Source: Heteronotia binoei (Eukaryota). Taken from it: DNA of 64,000 nucleotides. The DNA lies in assembly GCF_032191835.1 (NCBI RefSeq), contig NC_083237.1, positions 37,386,001 to 37,450,000 of the forward strand, read 5' to 3'. This document shows positions 47,774 to 60,100 of the stretch, in pieces. Under the pieces are notes generated by a model. That model did no database searches and was not told where the DNA came from. It was given only the letters and a program-made list of their open reading frames with translations. The position numbers and the translations under genes are program-made. Numbering within the stretch: the stretch's first letter is position 1; every line of letters begins with the position of its first letter.

Positions 47774-50026
47774 AAAGTAATAAGGTTAATAATCAAGTCC
47801 AGAAAGAAGACTAGGAGACTGGATATAGTGACATTGAAGAGAGCTTTTATCAAGGAGAATACTCATATCCTCAAGCAGTCAAGACAATATAAAACATACA
47901 CCAAATATTAGAATACCCATGGTGCAATGCATGTATTTCAAACATTCACACACATTTGTAAACTGTACACTATCTAAAAGGGAAGGATGGAGCTGATGAG
48001 GTAGAACAAGATATGAAATCAGAAGCTTTTAGCTAGTTATCAGTGTAAGATTCCACACCCCTATTCTACCTTGTGGGCTACCCACAAGAATAGCAGCACA
48101 TAATCCACACAGGCAGATCATTAAAATTGCCTTAATGATCACTCACAAACCTACACCAAGACTAAAATCAACTTGATCACTGCTACTCACAAGGTGTTAT
48201 GGGGTGGGTGTGGAGTTGAGAAAGCAGCTGGCCATCACAAGAGGTCAATGAGCATGCCACAACTCTTGCCACATTCATCTTTGGCCGTTTAAATCATGCT
48301 CCACTTTCCTGTGAATTAGGCATTTTCATTTCTGTATATATGGAATTAAACCCATCATTCTAGATACTTTATCCTTATCCATGAAGGGCAAGATATGGGA
48401 ATCTTCAAGAAAGTACATAACTTGGGTTGGAATTCAGTGTGGATCTTGTAGAAATAGTTCAGGAAGAGGGATTCAGAACTACACATTTCTAATGATAGCG
48501 ATGCTGTCACAGTTGTCTCCTGTACAGCTTTGGTGTGCATTGGGAACTTTACTGCTTAAGATTGAACTAAAGCAAACCCATCCAGGTGGGTAGCCATGTT
48601 AGCTGGAAGCAATAGAACAAAGTATTAATTCAGTGGCACCGTTAAGACCAACAAAGTTTTGTTCAAGGCATGAGCTTTTGTCTGCATGTGCAGACATACT
48701 TTGAATAAAACTTTTCTGAAATAAACCCATTCTTTAATAGCAGGAATTCTTCAAGTTTGACCAGAACTCTTAAACACATACTCAGATGCCATTTCATTCC
48801 ATCTCATCCAGTTCTCCAGAAGATCACAGGTTCAATGCCCAGCATCTCCAGTTAAATGGACTAGGCAGTAAGTAATATGAAAAACCTCTGCCTGAGACCA
48901 TGGAGAGCCACTGCCAGTCTGACATGGGAGACAATACTGACTTTGATATATCAACAATCTAATTCAGACTGTTTAATGTACTACAATCTCCACCCCATTT
49001 GAATTCTGGATTCAACTCTCATATTCCCCGGAATAATCTTTGAACACCTCCCCCTATTTCACCAGCAAGTCCATCCCCTGAACTGAGGGGGAAAAGAACA
49101 CTTGATCTTGCTGATGTTCTGGAACCAAACCATTTAATTTCAGTTTTCCAGGAAAATTTTTATATTTCTAATTCTGCTTGGTTTCCTTTGGAAGAGAGAG
49201 TGCTGGAAACTTAAGACATTTTGTAAAGTTTTATTTTCAAAGTACATATGTGATCCCATTTGACCACCAAAAACAGTATGCGAGGATCATGTGACCTGCC
49301 TGGACACACAAAATGTTGGCTGGGGATAGAGTAAGAAGGAGAATTGGGTGACATGGAGTGAAAAAGCTGGCTGGATCCATCTTGTACAGTTGCCTCCTCC
49401 CTCCGGCTAGGAAGGGAGCACTGTCACACTTCCTCCAAGCACTGATGGGCATTATGACATAGCCATTTCCTAATCATTCAAACTCATCAAGGAGATACCA
49501 ACAATAATTTTAAAAACATCACTATTCCTGTTGTTTGCTCTGTTTCCTCCAAGTAGCTTTCTTCAGCTCAAAGAGGACAACAAGGCTGGGTCCAGACTGG
49601 CATTTTGCATTGCCACATGGACGGAATGTGAGTGGACCAAAAAAGCACCACCAAATGCGCATGTCTGCCTCCCATCCACTCCTGCTCCTCACCTGTCCAA
49701 GGTCTATCCCACTCATGCCACAAAAAGCTACCACTTCAGAAGTGGTAGCTTTCTGTCACACGAGTGGAACAGCCCAGGGATTGGGAGTGGGATGGAACAC
49801 ATTTGGCTGTAATTTTTTGTCTGCCCACATCCCATCCCTGTGTAGATGCAAAATGCTGGTTTGAACCCAGCCCTAGTGTAGTGAAGTGGTTAAGAGTGTC
49901 ATGGTTAAGGCAGTGCAATGGACTCTAATCTGGAGAACGGGGTTGGAATCCTCACTCCTTCACAAGCTGCCTGTTTGAAGAGAGGAAGGGAACTTGATTG
50001 TATGCTACTATGAGACTCCTTAAAGG

Positions 50027-50209
50027 CAGGGCTCTTTTTCTATCAGGAGCTCCTCTGCATGTTAGGCCATGCCCCCCCTGATGTAGCTAATGCTCCTGGA
50101 GTTTACAGTAGGCCCTGTACTAACAGCCCTGTAAGCTCATGGAGGATTGGCTACATCAGGGGGGCATGGCCTAATATGCATAGGAGCTCCTGCTAGAAAA
50201 AGAGCCCTG
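50027..50209. mobile_element. hAT MITE with 8-bp TSD CTTAAAG(G/T) inserted in a SINE
   Basis: TSD at 50019-50026 and 50210-50217. The empty site CCTTAAAGTAGAG is in the paralog at about 39141. Confidence 0.9.
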
Positions 50210-50567
50210 CTTAAAGTCAAACAAAAGTAGGGTATAAATAACAATTCTTCTCCTAAGGATTCTTCCTCCAACTTAAGTGATTCTTCCTCAAAGGAGTATC
50301 CACTTAAGTCAGAGGAAGTCTTCTAACTTGAGCCAAAAGGAAAGGTGGAGTATTTAAAAATATTTTAGCAAACAAACTAACTTCAGTCAGTCAGTCAGTC
50401 AGTTTATTGCGGCTCTAGGCCAATCGACAGCAACAACACAACTCATCAATAACAGTACAACACAACACCAAGTTGAAATATAACATAACAATATAAAACT
50501 TGTACATCCATCAAAGTGGTAATAAAATTAGCTGACGTAGGCAACACTTAACTAAAAGCATCTTCTT

Positions 50568-53500
50568 TCAAATACAGACAGCATTAAATTTCTTCCTGTC
50601 AAGGTCGGTAACATATAGAAACTTAGCAAGATCCAAAGAAAGTTGATCACTCCCATCCCCTAAGAGGAAGTAAATGGTTTGGGCCTGATTTAAAGATTCA
50701 GCTAGCATTAGATGGTTCCGCAAAAGTCTGTACCTTGCCTCTGTATGGAAAAGACAGTTCAGAATAAGGTGGGAAACCGTATCGACCTCCTCCAGGCCGC
50801 ATGGACAGATCCTGTCTTCTAACGGGATCTTGTGGAAACGGCCCCTCAGTACTGCTGTGTCCAGAATGTTCAGGCGTGCCAAGGACAGCATCCGCCTGAT
50901 CTTAATTGGCTGTATCTTTTCTAGATACCTGGCACATTTAAGGTCACTTGTAAAAAAGGTTGGGATATACATCCTCCCAACTTTGGCCAGAGATTGTTTT
51001 AACTCCAATTCCAGTAATCGGTCTCTGATAATTTCTTTTGCCCCGTTCTTGAACATGAGGGCTAGGGAATCAATATTCAGATCACATTCCTCTAATTTGG
51101 AATTTAATTTCCTCAACCAATTGCTGACAAATGAGTCGTAGAAGATTTGGTGTACAATGTCATCCGGATTGGCCAGCACTCTTAAAAGGAGACTCAAACC
51201 TCTATTCCACATTACTGTGGAGAGGCTTGGAAGCCCCGTTTCCAGCCTGTTTGCAATAGATGAGGCATATTTTGGCACCTGAAGGATACATCGTACAAAC
51301 TTCGATTGAACCATCTCCAATTTGGTTATTTTGTTATACAGGAAAATCTCAGCTCCGTACATTAATTGGGGTATAACCTTAGCGTTATAAACCTTAATCG
51401 CCGCTAAGGCGTTATAAGCGCCCTTGGAGGTGTAAAACTCCTGCAGAGCGAGCGCCGTGCGTTGGGCGTTACAGTGTACGTTTTCAATGTGCCCTTGGTA
51501 AGATCCTGTGTGATGAAAAACAACCCCCAGATATTTGTATGTTTTAACTTGTTTCAGTTTTTCATCATTAAAACGCCAATTCATTTCTCTAAATCTTTTA
51601 GTGAAGACTATAATTTTAGACTTGTCCCTGTTAACGACTAGATCTGTGTCCAGACAAAAGAGGGAAAGCATCTTAAGCGACCTGCGTAAACCAACTTGGG
51701 TTCTTGACAGTAGTAACACGTCGTCTGCATACATCAAGATGGGCACAGCAATCTTCCCGATCTTAGGGGGATGCAGACCGGGGTCAGTAAAATACCCTAC
51801 AATGCTATTAATATATAAATTAAAAAGTTGCGGGGCTAGTATACAACCTTGTTTGACACCTTTACTTGTTTGAATTGGATGTGTCAGATGACCTTGAGGT
51901 GTGCATTTTACCTGCATACTAGAATTTTCGTACAGTTTCATCATGAGGAATAAAAGTCTACGGTCAATTGATGTACTGTACAGTTGGCGCCACAGCTTGT
52001 CCCTTGGAACAGAATCAAAGGCTGCTTTAAAATCTATAAACGCTGCATATAAACGAGAACCCTTTACTGCAGCCTGCTTATCGACTAGGAATTTCAGTAT
52101 TAGCACGTTGTTCAAGTGAGAACGATTACTTCTAAAGGCTGCTTGTACATTTGCCAGGATGTGATTTTCTTCCATCCAAGTTGTTAATTTCTCCCGTAGG
52201 TGCAAGGCATATAGTTTTCCCATAATATTTAAAAGGCTGATTGGCCTATAATTTTCAGGCTTCTCTCTCCCGCCTTTCTTATATATAGGAGACACTATGG
52301 CCTTGCTCCATTCCTCTGGCAATTTACCTGTTTCGTCTATAAAGGTAAATAGGGAAGCCAGAACAGGCGTCCACCAGTCCTGGTATGATTTTATCAGTTC
52401 TATCCGGACACCATCCGACCCTGGGGCTTTCCCGCTTCTAATCTGCTTTATCAGCAGTTCAATTTCTAAACAGGTAACTGGTTCCCACTTAGGGCAGTCT
52501 GTTAACTCTAGCTGTAATGGAGGGGAAACTTTGGAGTCTAGCCCGGCATTATATAGCTTACTAAAGTGGATCTCCCACTCTTTAGGGCTAATAAAATTCT
52601 TAGGACAATAGGGACCTTTCCGTTGTAACCGGTTTAATTTGTTCCAAAAACAGGACGGATTTTTATTTTTGGCAGCCGTATATAATTTTAGCCAATTTTC
52701 TTTGATATAAGCTCTTTTCTTTTGTTTAATCAAGAGCTTGTATTGTCTTTTTACTAGCTTATATTTAGCTCTAACTAGCCAATTATCGGACAATTTTAAC
52801 TTCAAAAACAAGTCATTGAGGGATTTCCTGAGAGTTCTACAATCCAAGTCATACCATTCGTTTGGGTGGCCTCGGAATCCAGACCCTAGGTGGAATTTTG
52901 CTTCTTGAATCAAATTGGGTTTCAAGATTTTAACTAGCTTGTTGTAACCATTCACTTTATCAGAATCTGCCTCTAGTATTTCCTGCTGCAACTCAACCAT
53001 TTCCTTGGATTCCAAAATATGCTTCATTTTAACACACACTTGCTGTGACCATGGAATACTCCTTCCATTGCTGTCTAAAAGCTCCGATGAACAGGGGCTT
53101 ATTGTTAGTCGTTTGACAGTGGAACCAAGGTTTAATTCCAGTTTTAGAGGGAGATGGTCACTTTCTGATCTAATGGGGACACTAAAGTCCTTAATTAGCT
53201 CGGCCAGTGAGTTTGATACTAAAAAATAATCAATTAAAGAGGGGCTGCGGGATCCCCAGTATGTTAGCTCTGCTGGTTGGTCATTCCAGGCTCCGTTTAA
53301 GATGTTTAAATTTAACCTTTGGCATATCTGAGCCAACCTTAGACCTCTAAGGTTCCACTTACTGTCTTTAGATATCCTGTCGCTAAGGGGGTATATGACT
53401 GGCCAATCCACTGGAGCCAATCCGGCTGCACTGAACAAATGCTCGTCTGAGAGCCCTAGCCTTGCATTAAAATCCCCTGCAACAATTGTGTAGTCTGCCA

Positions 53501-53960
53501 TATAGGTTTCGTGCAGCACATCCAAATACTAATGAAAACACTTCATTAGGATTTCTACCTCCTGCTTCAGGGAACGTGGGGGTAAATACACGTTTACCAG
53601 CAATAATGATTCAGTGTTGGTACTTAGTTTTAAAGTTAATGCATATTCCCCAAAGGAAGCTAACTGTTCTGAGCAGCAGTTAAGGGCGTTTGATATAAGC
53701 GTGATTAGGCCCCCCTTCCTACGTCCCATTCTTTTACTTTCTGAAGCCGGCAATGTATAGGAGGCATACCCATCAACAAACGGTTTATAAGCACACCAAC
53801 TTTCTTGCAGGCAGATAACATCAAAAGAAGAGATAAAGTCCAGGAAATCACTATGTTCCCTCTTTGAGTGCCAGCCTGCAATGTTCCAGCACAGAAGGTT
53901 TAAGGGAGAAGGTTGGGGAGCTTCTCCATTGCTGTTAAAGGTCTTTTTCCTCAGTACCCC
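50568..53960 (-). CDS. ORF2 (APE-RT-CCHC) of element 2 with one in-frame TAG at 53529-53531
   Basis: LCWNIAGW, CLQESW, GDFNAR, PSLIDY, SDHLP, GVKQGCILAP, LMYADD and RICPCG..SHLILNC. Confidence 0.9.
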
Positions 53961-55539
53961 CCATCACTTCCAAAGTGTTGCCAGATCCATGCGTTGCACA
54001 TTGGTCATCTTCCTTAGCAGTGAGAGAGGAAACCTCAATACCTGGAGTGGAGGATGGCCCTGCACTGTGGTCAGCATCCACTGGAAACTCTGTAATCACA
54101 TTTGGCTCTATCTCTCCTGTGAGCACAATCAGCTCTTGGTTGGAAGGCTGTGTAGGGGTTAACAGCGAGGATATCACCGACGGCTCTTCGACATCCATTA
54201 GGCACAGCTGATCTGAGTGAGTGACCTTAGAGACGGATGTCTGATTAATTGCCTCACCTTCCAGCACATCAAAGTTCGTGGGAGTTTCTTTCCAGATAGC
54301 CAGCGGAAAACTACAGGCAGAGTTGCATTCCAATGACTTTGCTTGGTCCAAGAATGTCTTTTGTTCAGTTTGTTCAAATTGACCCAGGCAGGCTTGCTGT
54401 ATTATTTTAGAGAAATTGCTAGACAGCAATGAGTCCGATTCTGTAGGGTAAGATGGATCAAGAGCCTGCACCAGAGCACCACCTGAGTTTCCTTGCAGCT
54501 TCTCAAAGTCCTTCACTAGCTCCTTTAGATTTGAAATTACAACCCCCTGGTCTGTCAGAGATAAATCCACAAAGGAGTCCCGTAGTTGCAACTCAAATGC
54601 CGGGTCTAGAAGCTGCATGTCTGGGCACTCAGGTTTACAGGAAGGGGTTTCAGGTTTACTAGCATGCTTGATCTTCCGAGTTTGAGTAAAGGAGATTATT
54701 GGAGGTTCAAAGTAAACTCTCCTGCATCTTATCCCAAAACTTTGCAAGAGAGGGAGAGACTTGAGTAGCATGCCTGGAATCACATCCTCGCGAAAAGATA
54801 GCATTATATTTAACCAGCGAGGGGGGGCACTTAGTCTTGTGACTTCCAGAAGGTCCACCGCATGAAAGGAACATCGCAACAAGCTTGACAAAGATGATTG
54901 AGCCCAGTATCTACTGTGCCACCTGCCATGATTCAGTCTGTTTTGAAAAATAGAGAGAAAAATCTTGCATGGTTGAATCTTTCTCTCAGTCTTCCTTGTT
55001 GTTTCCGTAGTTATACCGGGGGGCCCCTCCCCACTGGGACGCTTGTCTCTAGCTGATAATGACTGCATATGGGCGCACAGAGCTTCCAATTGCCTGGTTG
55101 TTTGTTGTTGCCTATTAAACATCATTGTCAAGGTTTTCGAGACCAGCACACATTGCTTACAAAACAAGTCCTTAAGCTCTAGGAAACTGGCCATTTCCAG
55201 AGTGTCAGTGCAAGTTGCTACATTTCGCACTGACCTGGCGTTCGCTGCCTCTCCCGAGTCGCTGGGGGAAGATGGCGTCGTATACTTCTCCCCGGGGAGA
55301 CAAGCTTTAAGGCACCTCTCCTCAACAGCCACAGTCCTTTCAGAAGTTAATTCCGGGGTCTTACTTACTTTTGTTGGCTGGAGTGGACAGGCAGTTAACA
55401 GTAGCTGTTTTGAAGCTTTGTGGCTGCGTGTTTTCTTTGGCACCGACTCCCCAGCAGCTGTTGGGCTCGTTTGCTGGTGTTTAGTCCGTTTACTCATGCT
55501 TGCGAGGAGATGTTTGTTTCTGGAACCCAGCAAGGACAT
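53935..55539 (-). CDS. ORF1 of RTEX-like element 2 (534 aa from first ATG)
   Basis: Open frame 5' of ORF2. Homologous blocks to 31433-32887. Confidence 0.8.
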   Translation of the reverse strand: MSLLGSRNKHLLASMSKRTKHQQTSPTAAGESVPKKTRSHKASKQLLLTACPLQPTKVSKTPELTSERTVAVEERCLKACLPGEKYTTPSSPSDSGEAANARSVRNVATCTDTLEMASFLELKDLFCKQCVLVSKTLTMMFNRQQQTTRQLEALCAHMQSLSARDKRPSGEGPPGITTETTRKTERKIQPCKIFLSIFQNRLNHGRWHSRYWAQSSLSSLLRCSFHAVDLLEVTRLSAPPRWLNIMLSFREDVIPGMLLKSLPLLQSFGIRCRRVYFEPPIISFTQTRKIKHASKPETPSCKPECPDMQLLDPAFELQLRDSFVDLSLTDQGVVISNLKELVKDFEKLQGNSGGALVQALDPSYPTESDSLLSSNFSKIIQQACLGQFEQTEQKTFLDQAKSLECNSACSFPLAIWKETPTNFDVLEGEAINQTSVSKVTHSDQLCLMDVEEPSVISSLLTPTQPSNQELIVLTGEIEPNVITEFPVDADHSAGPSSTPGIEVSSLTAKEDDQCATHGSGNTLEVMGGTEEKDL

Positions 55540-55814
55540 TACCGGATAAATTCTCAAGGCCAGATAAATTCTCAAACAATTCGTAATTATCTAAACATAA
55601 AGGAATAATGAGGTTTCGGACGGAGCTCTCTTAAAGCGTGTGCTGCCACCACTGCAGCCAAGCTCCGCCCCCCAACAAACTAACTTGCTCAGTGGAGTAA
55701 TAGGATCCACCTCATTATAAATACTCAACTGTAAAGAATAAAATTAGAGCTCTACATTGGATACTCACTTCCTAAGCAATCTAATGTTAGTTTTATTGCA
55801 CAAACATACACTTG

Positions 55815-56751
55815 ATCATATATTTCTATAAAGGTACCTAAACCCTAAAACCTTTGACATTGCTTTTTTTAATCTCCTTGTTTCTTATACTGTAAATCAC
55901 TGGATTTAACATAGGTGGAACCAAGGCATAGATCACAGTGAATATTGACTCCAGCCACAATGGGGTTTTAGAAACAGGGTTCAGGTAAACAACAGATCTA
56001 GTAAATATAAATGTGGAACAGACTATGAGATGGGGGATGCATGTGGACAAAGCCTTCTGTCTTCCCTTCGCAGAAGGCAATCTTAACACTGTGGTAAAAA
56101 TGTGCATGTAAGTTACTAGGATATAGGCAAACAGCCCAGCCCAAGAACAATTCCAATTCCAATAGTAGTCATTTCAATTAGATTTAGGTCAAAACAAGTC
56201 AGTTTTATTAATTGTGGGGTATCACAAAAAAAATGATTGACAACAATAGAGCAGAAATGAGTTGCAAAAGTCCCAGTGGTGTGCATCCCTGCATACAGAA
56301 AACTAGCAATCCATACACCAGCCAGCATTTCGGTGCAGGTCTGTCCATTAATTACCATCTCATAATGTAATGGATTGCAAATGGCCACGTACCAGTCATA
56401 TGACATGATTGTCAGGATGCATAAATCAGATGTTATAAAGAAAATAAATAAGAAAACTTGAGCAACACACCCTGAATATGAAATGTGTCTAGTATTCAGG
56501 AGGGAATTGATCATGGATTTGGGGACAATGACTGAAGCTTGACCAAGGTCCAGCACAGCCAAGTTCATCAGAAAGAAGTACATGGGGGTGTGCAGGTGAT
56601 GGTCTAAGGCAACTGAAGAGATTATGAGGAAGTTCCCTGTGAGTGTTGCCAAGTATACCATCAGAAATACAGTGACGTGTAGAAACTGCAATTCCCGAAC
56701 TTTTGAGAATTCCAGGAGCAGAAAATCAGACTTAGCAGTTCTGTTGAACAT
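55815..56751 (-). pseudogene. OR pseudogene (paralog of 39463-40398)
   Basis: DRY changed to DWY. 1-bp loss near 56130 and an extra A in the A-run near 55866. Confidence 0.92.
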
Positions 56752-57289
56752 TTTTCATTACTATGTTGTATAATCCTTGAAAAAGGAAACAAAAGCAAAC
56801 AGTAAGAATTACAGTGTCTTATATCAGTAGTTTTAATTGCTGCAACTACAATGGATGACAACAACCTCATTTCCAGTCTCCATACATAGCTTCTGTCTTC
56901 AATTTGAAAAAAAGAAATCACAACTCAGTAACACTACTCAAAAGTGGCAGCTGCATCCCAGAAATCCCTTTTCTGGTGCTCTTGTTTGTACTATAATTGC
57001 AGAAGAATTGCTCGAGGAACCTTCTCTCTTTGGGGAATTAATACTCATCTTATGTACTTTATTGACTTTCTCCATCTGAGTGGTCTGAATGATACAAGTT
57101 CTTTGATTGCTGTGGGACATTTTAAAAGATTAAAGTTAGGCTTTGAGACTTTAAGAGACTGAGTTTGTTTGGAGCAATAGAGTAATAAGTTTGCCAGATC
57201 TGGGCTGGAAAATTCCTGTAGATTTGGGTGCGGAGCCTAGGGAGGGCAAGGATTGGAGAGGAGAGGGACATCAGTGTGGAACATATAAT

Positions 57290-57985
57290 AGAAGAAGAGT
57301 TTGGATTTATACCCCATCTCTTCACTACTTGAAGGAGTCTCAGAGAGGCTTACAATCTCTTTCTCTTCCCCTCCTCACAACAGACACCCTGTGAGGTAGG
57401 TGACACTGAGAGAGCTCTGAGAAAAAGTGGTCTTGAGAGGAACAGCTCTGGGAGAACTTGTGACTGATTCAAGGTTACATCAGCAGGTGCATGTGGAGGA
57501 GTGGGTTATCAAACCCAGTTCTTCCAGGTAAGAGTCTGTACATTTAACCACTACACCAAGCTTGCTCTCAGTAGAGTGTACCCTCCAGAGCAGCAATGTT
57601 TTCCTGTGGAACTAAGCTTTGTCCTTTGAAGGCCAGTGTAAATTTGGGAGATCTTCTGACCCTACATGGAATTTGACAATTCTACTAACAGTACCTTTAG
57701 AAGAATAAGTAGACTGCAGTTTTATACCCCGCCCTTCTCTCTGAATCAGAGACTCAGAGCAGCTTACAATCTCCTATATCTTCTCCTCCCATAAAGACAC
57801 CCTGTGAGGTGGGTGAGGCGGAGAGAGCTCTCACAGCAGCTGCCCTTTCAAGGACAACTCCTGCGATAGCTGTGGCTAACCAAAGGCCATTCCAGCAACT
57901 GCAAGTGGAGGAGTGGGGAATCAAACCCGGTTCTCCCAGATAAGTGTCCAGGCACTTAACCACTACATCAAACTGGCTATTTCTC
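57290..57985 (-). mobile_element. Two Squam3-like SINE copies (about 57290-57575 and 57700-57985)
   Basis: Both carry ACACCCTGTGAGGT(A/G)GGTG and the TTAACCACTACA head, with (GAA)n tails. Confidence 0.75.
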
Positions 57986-58029
57986 TCCCGAACCTCCATA
58001 AGGCTGAAATCCCCTGCCCCCCTGGCTAC

Positions 58030-59765
58030 TGCAGTTCTGAACACCTTACAATCAACTACCAGAAAACCAAGATCTTGGCTTTGGATAAAAAATTAGACAA
58101 TTGATGATTTAGGGATATTAGCCTGATCAACTCACCAGTTTTAAATATCTAGGTGTAACCCTGCAAGCCTTGGGTTTCAGAACAGTTCACTATAATTTGG
58201 TAGCAGATGTAGGGGAGAAAAAAGCTAACAGTATTTTGAAATTCTATATGGCCTGGTACCGGCCTAGCTTCAGGACCACCTCTCACCACATGTGCCCCAG
58301 AGAGCATTCCATTTGGGGTCTCAAAATCTCTGTAAGATTCCCAGACCAAAAGAGGCTTGACTGTCCAGCACTAGAGTCAGAGTGTTCTCAGTAATAGCCC
58401 CTGCTTTGTGGAACACCCTCCCTGAAGACAACAGAGCCTTGCGGGACCTGCCACAGTTCTGCAGGGCCTGTAAGACCGAATTATTTAAACTTGCTTTTAA
58501 CAGGTAGCTTTTACTCCACAGTACTGTCAATCCCACTGAATTTTATACTGAAACAAGAACATCAGAGAAATTAGAAATGTACATCTTGGTTTAAGGACTG
58601 TAAATTGTATCAATGATTTTATTATGTATCTTGTTTTTAATGTTTATGTGGTTTAATTTGTTGTTAGCCGCCCTGAGCCCATTAGGGGCGGGCAGGATAT
58701 AAATTTGATAAAATAAAATAAAATACTGGTCATAAGGAGGGCACTACATTCTGGCTGCTCTCAAATTGTTCAAAGCAAAATCTCTGTCCCAGTTATATGC
58801 AACATTTCTGGGGCCATCATCTTCTGGATTCTCTTCAATTGAAAGAGTACAGTCTAAATTTCTTAAAGCCATACTACAAGTGCCAAAATGTGTGTCAAAT
58901 TCATGGGTTAGGCTAGAAACAGGAATGATTTGGGTGGAATTTGTATTCTATTGATTTTCAAATGGTTGATTGTGAACATAAATCCTCAAGGTTTGCTTCC
59001 TCTGGTATTTCAAGATCAGTTTCAATCTAGCTGGCAAAAGGAAGCATTGAAAACTATAAAAAAATTTAGGTTTATCTCCCCAGGCCCTTTTAGACCTTGG
59101 GTTAGAGCAGGCTAAATCATTAACCGAACAGAGAGTGATAGATAATGAAAGGCAAATGGAAAAGCTACTGATCTCCAGACTATATTTCATCTATAAACAA
59201 AAGATATATTGCTGTGTCTGCCAGATACTTATACTTTCTTGAATCTCATAACACCAGAAGGACATTTTACACAAGCTAAAAGTCTGTCCTTACTGTCGTT
59301 TGTGTTAGATGGGAAGAATAAAGCAATTCCTTACTCTAGGAGACTCTGTTCATTCCCATTACAAGAAACTGACACATTAGAACATATATTTTTCAGTTGT
59401 CCATATTATAGGAGAATGAGAGCAGAAATCATTAATTCCCTGATAGAAAGATTCCCAGGTAGATCAAACAAAACTGTGTTGGAGTGCTCGCTTTCAGATA
59501 ACAATCATGTGACAACACACCAGGTTGCGAGATTTACTAACAGGTTTATTAACATTAAACACTACAGGTGGTCATTTGAGCAAAGTCTGTTTCTTAGGTA
59601 GACAATTTAGGATTTTGTATTTTATATTTTATTCTATTACTATATATAATTTGTTTAGATTTTAATATTGAAGCTAAGATGTTAAATTTTAATGGATTTC
59701 CTAATATGACTTGTCCTGTTTGTTTGGATTGTACTGGTTGTTGACTGTAATAATAAAGTAAAATA
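58030..59765 (+). mobile_element. Degraded third RTEX-like 3' fragment with a nested L2 3' fragment (about 58235-58725)
   Basis: ERVQSKFLKAILQVPKCVSNSWVRLETG and RRLCS..DTLEHIFFSCPYY are homologous to the C-termini of both RTEX ORF2s. Confidence 0.75.
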
Positions 59766-59864
59766 AAAACAATATCTATTTTACTTGCAAACCTACATAA
59801 ATACAGCTATTTCTTGCAAACTAAACGTGCCTCTTCTTAGTTAGAAGGGGTCACTCAGTTGGAG

Positions 59865-60100
59865 CCTGCATGGTGTACTGGTTAAGAGGGGCAGACTCAA
59901 ATCTGCAGAATTAGGTTTCATTATCCACTCCTCCACATAAAGGCATTTGGGTGATATTGGGTCAGTCACAGTTCTCTCAGAGCTCTCTCAGCTCCACCTA
60001 CCTCACAGTGTGTCTATTGTGAGGAAAGGAAGGCAATTGTAAGCTGCTCTGAGACTACTTCAGGTAGTGAAAATTGGTGGTATAGGAACAACTATTATTC
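59865..60100 (+). mobile_element. Squam3-like SINE
   Basis: GCATGGTGTACTGGTTAAG head and CCACCTACCTCACAG core. Confidence 0.7.

Larger units (their letters stand above)
50384..55673 (-). mobile_element. Second full-length RTEX-like non-LTR retrotransposon, 13-bp TSD AACAAACTAACTT
   Basis: TSD at 50371-50383 and 55674-55686. AATAAA followed by an (ACTG)n tail. The empty site is in the paralog at about 39296. Confidence 0.87.
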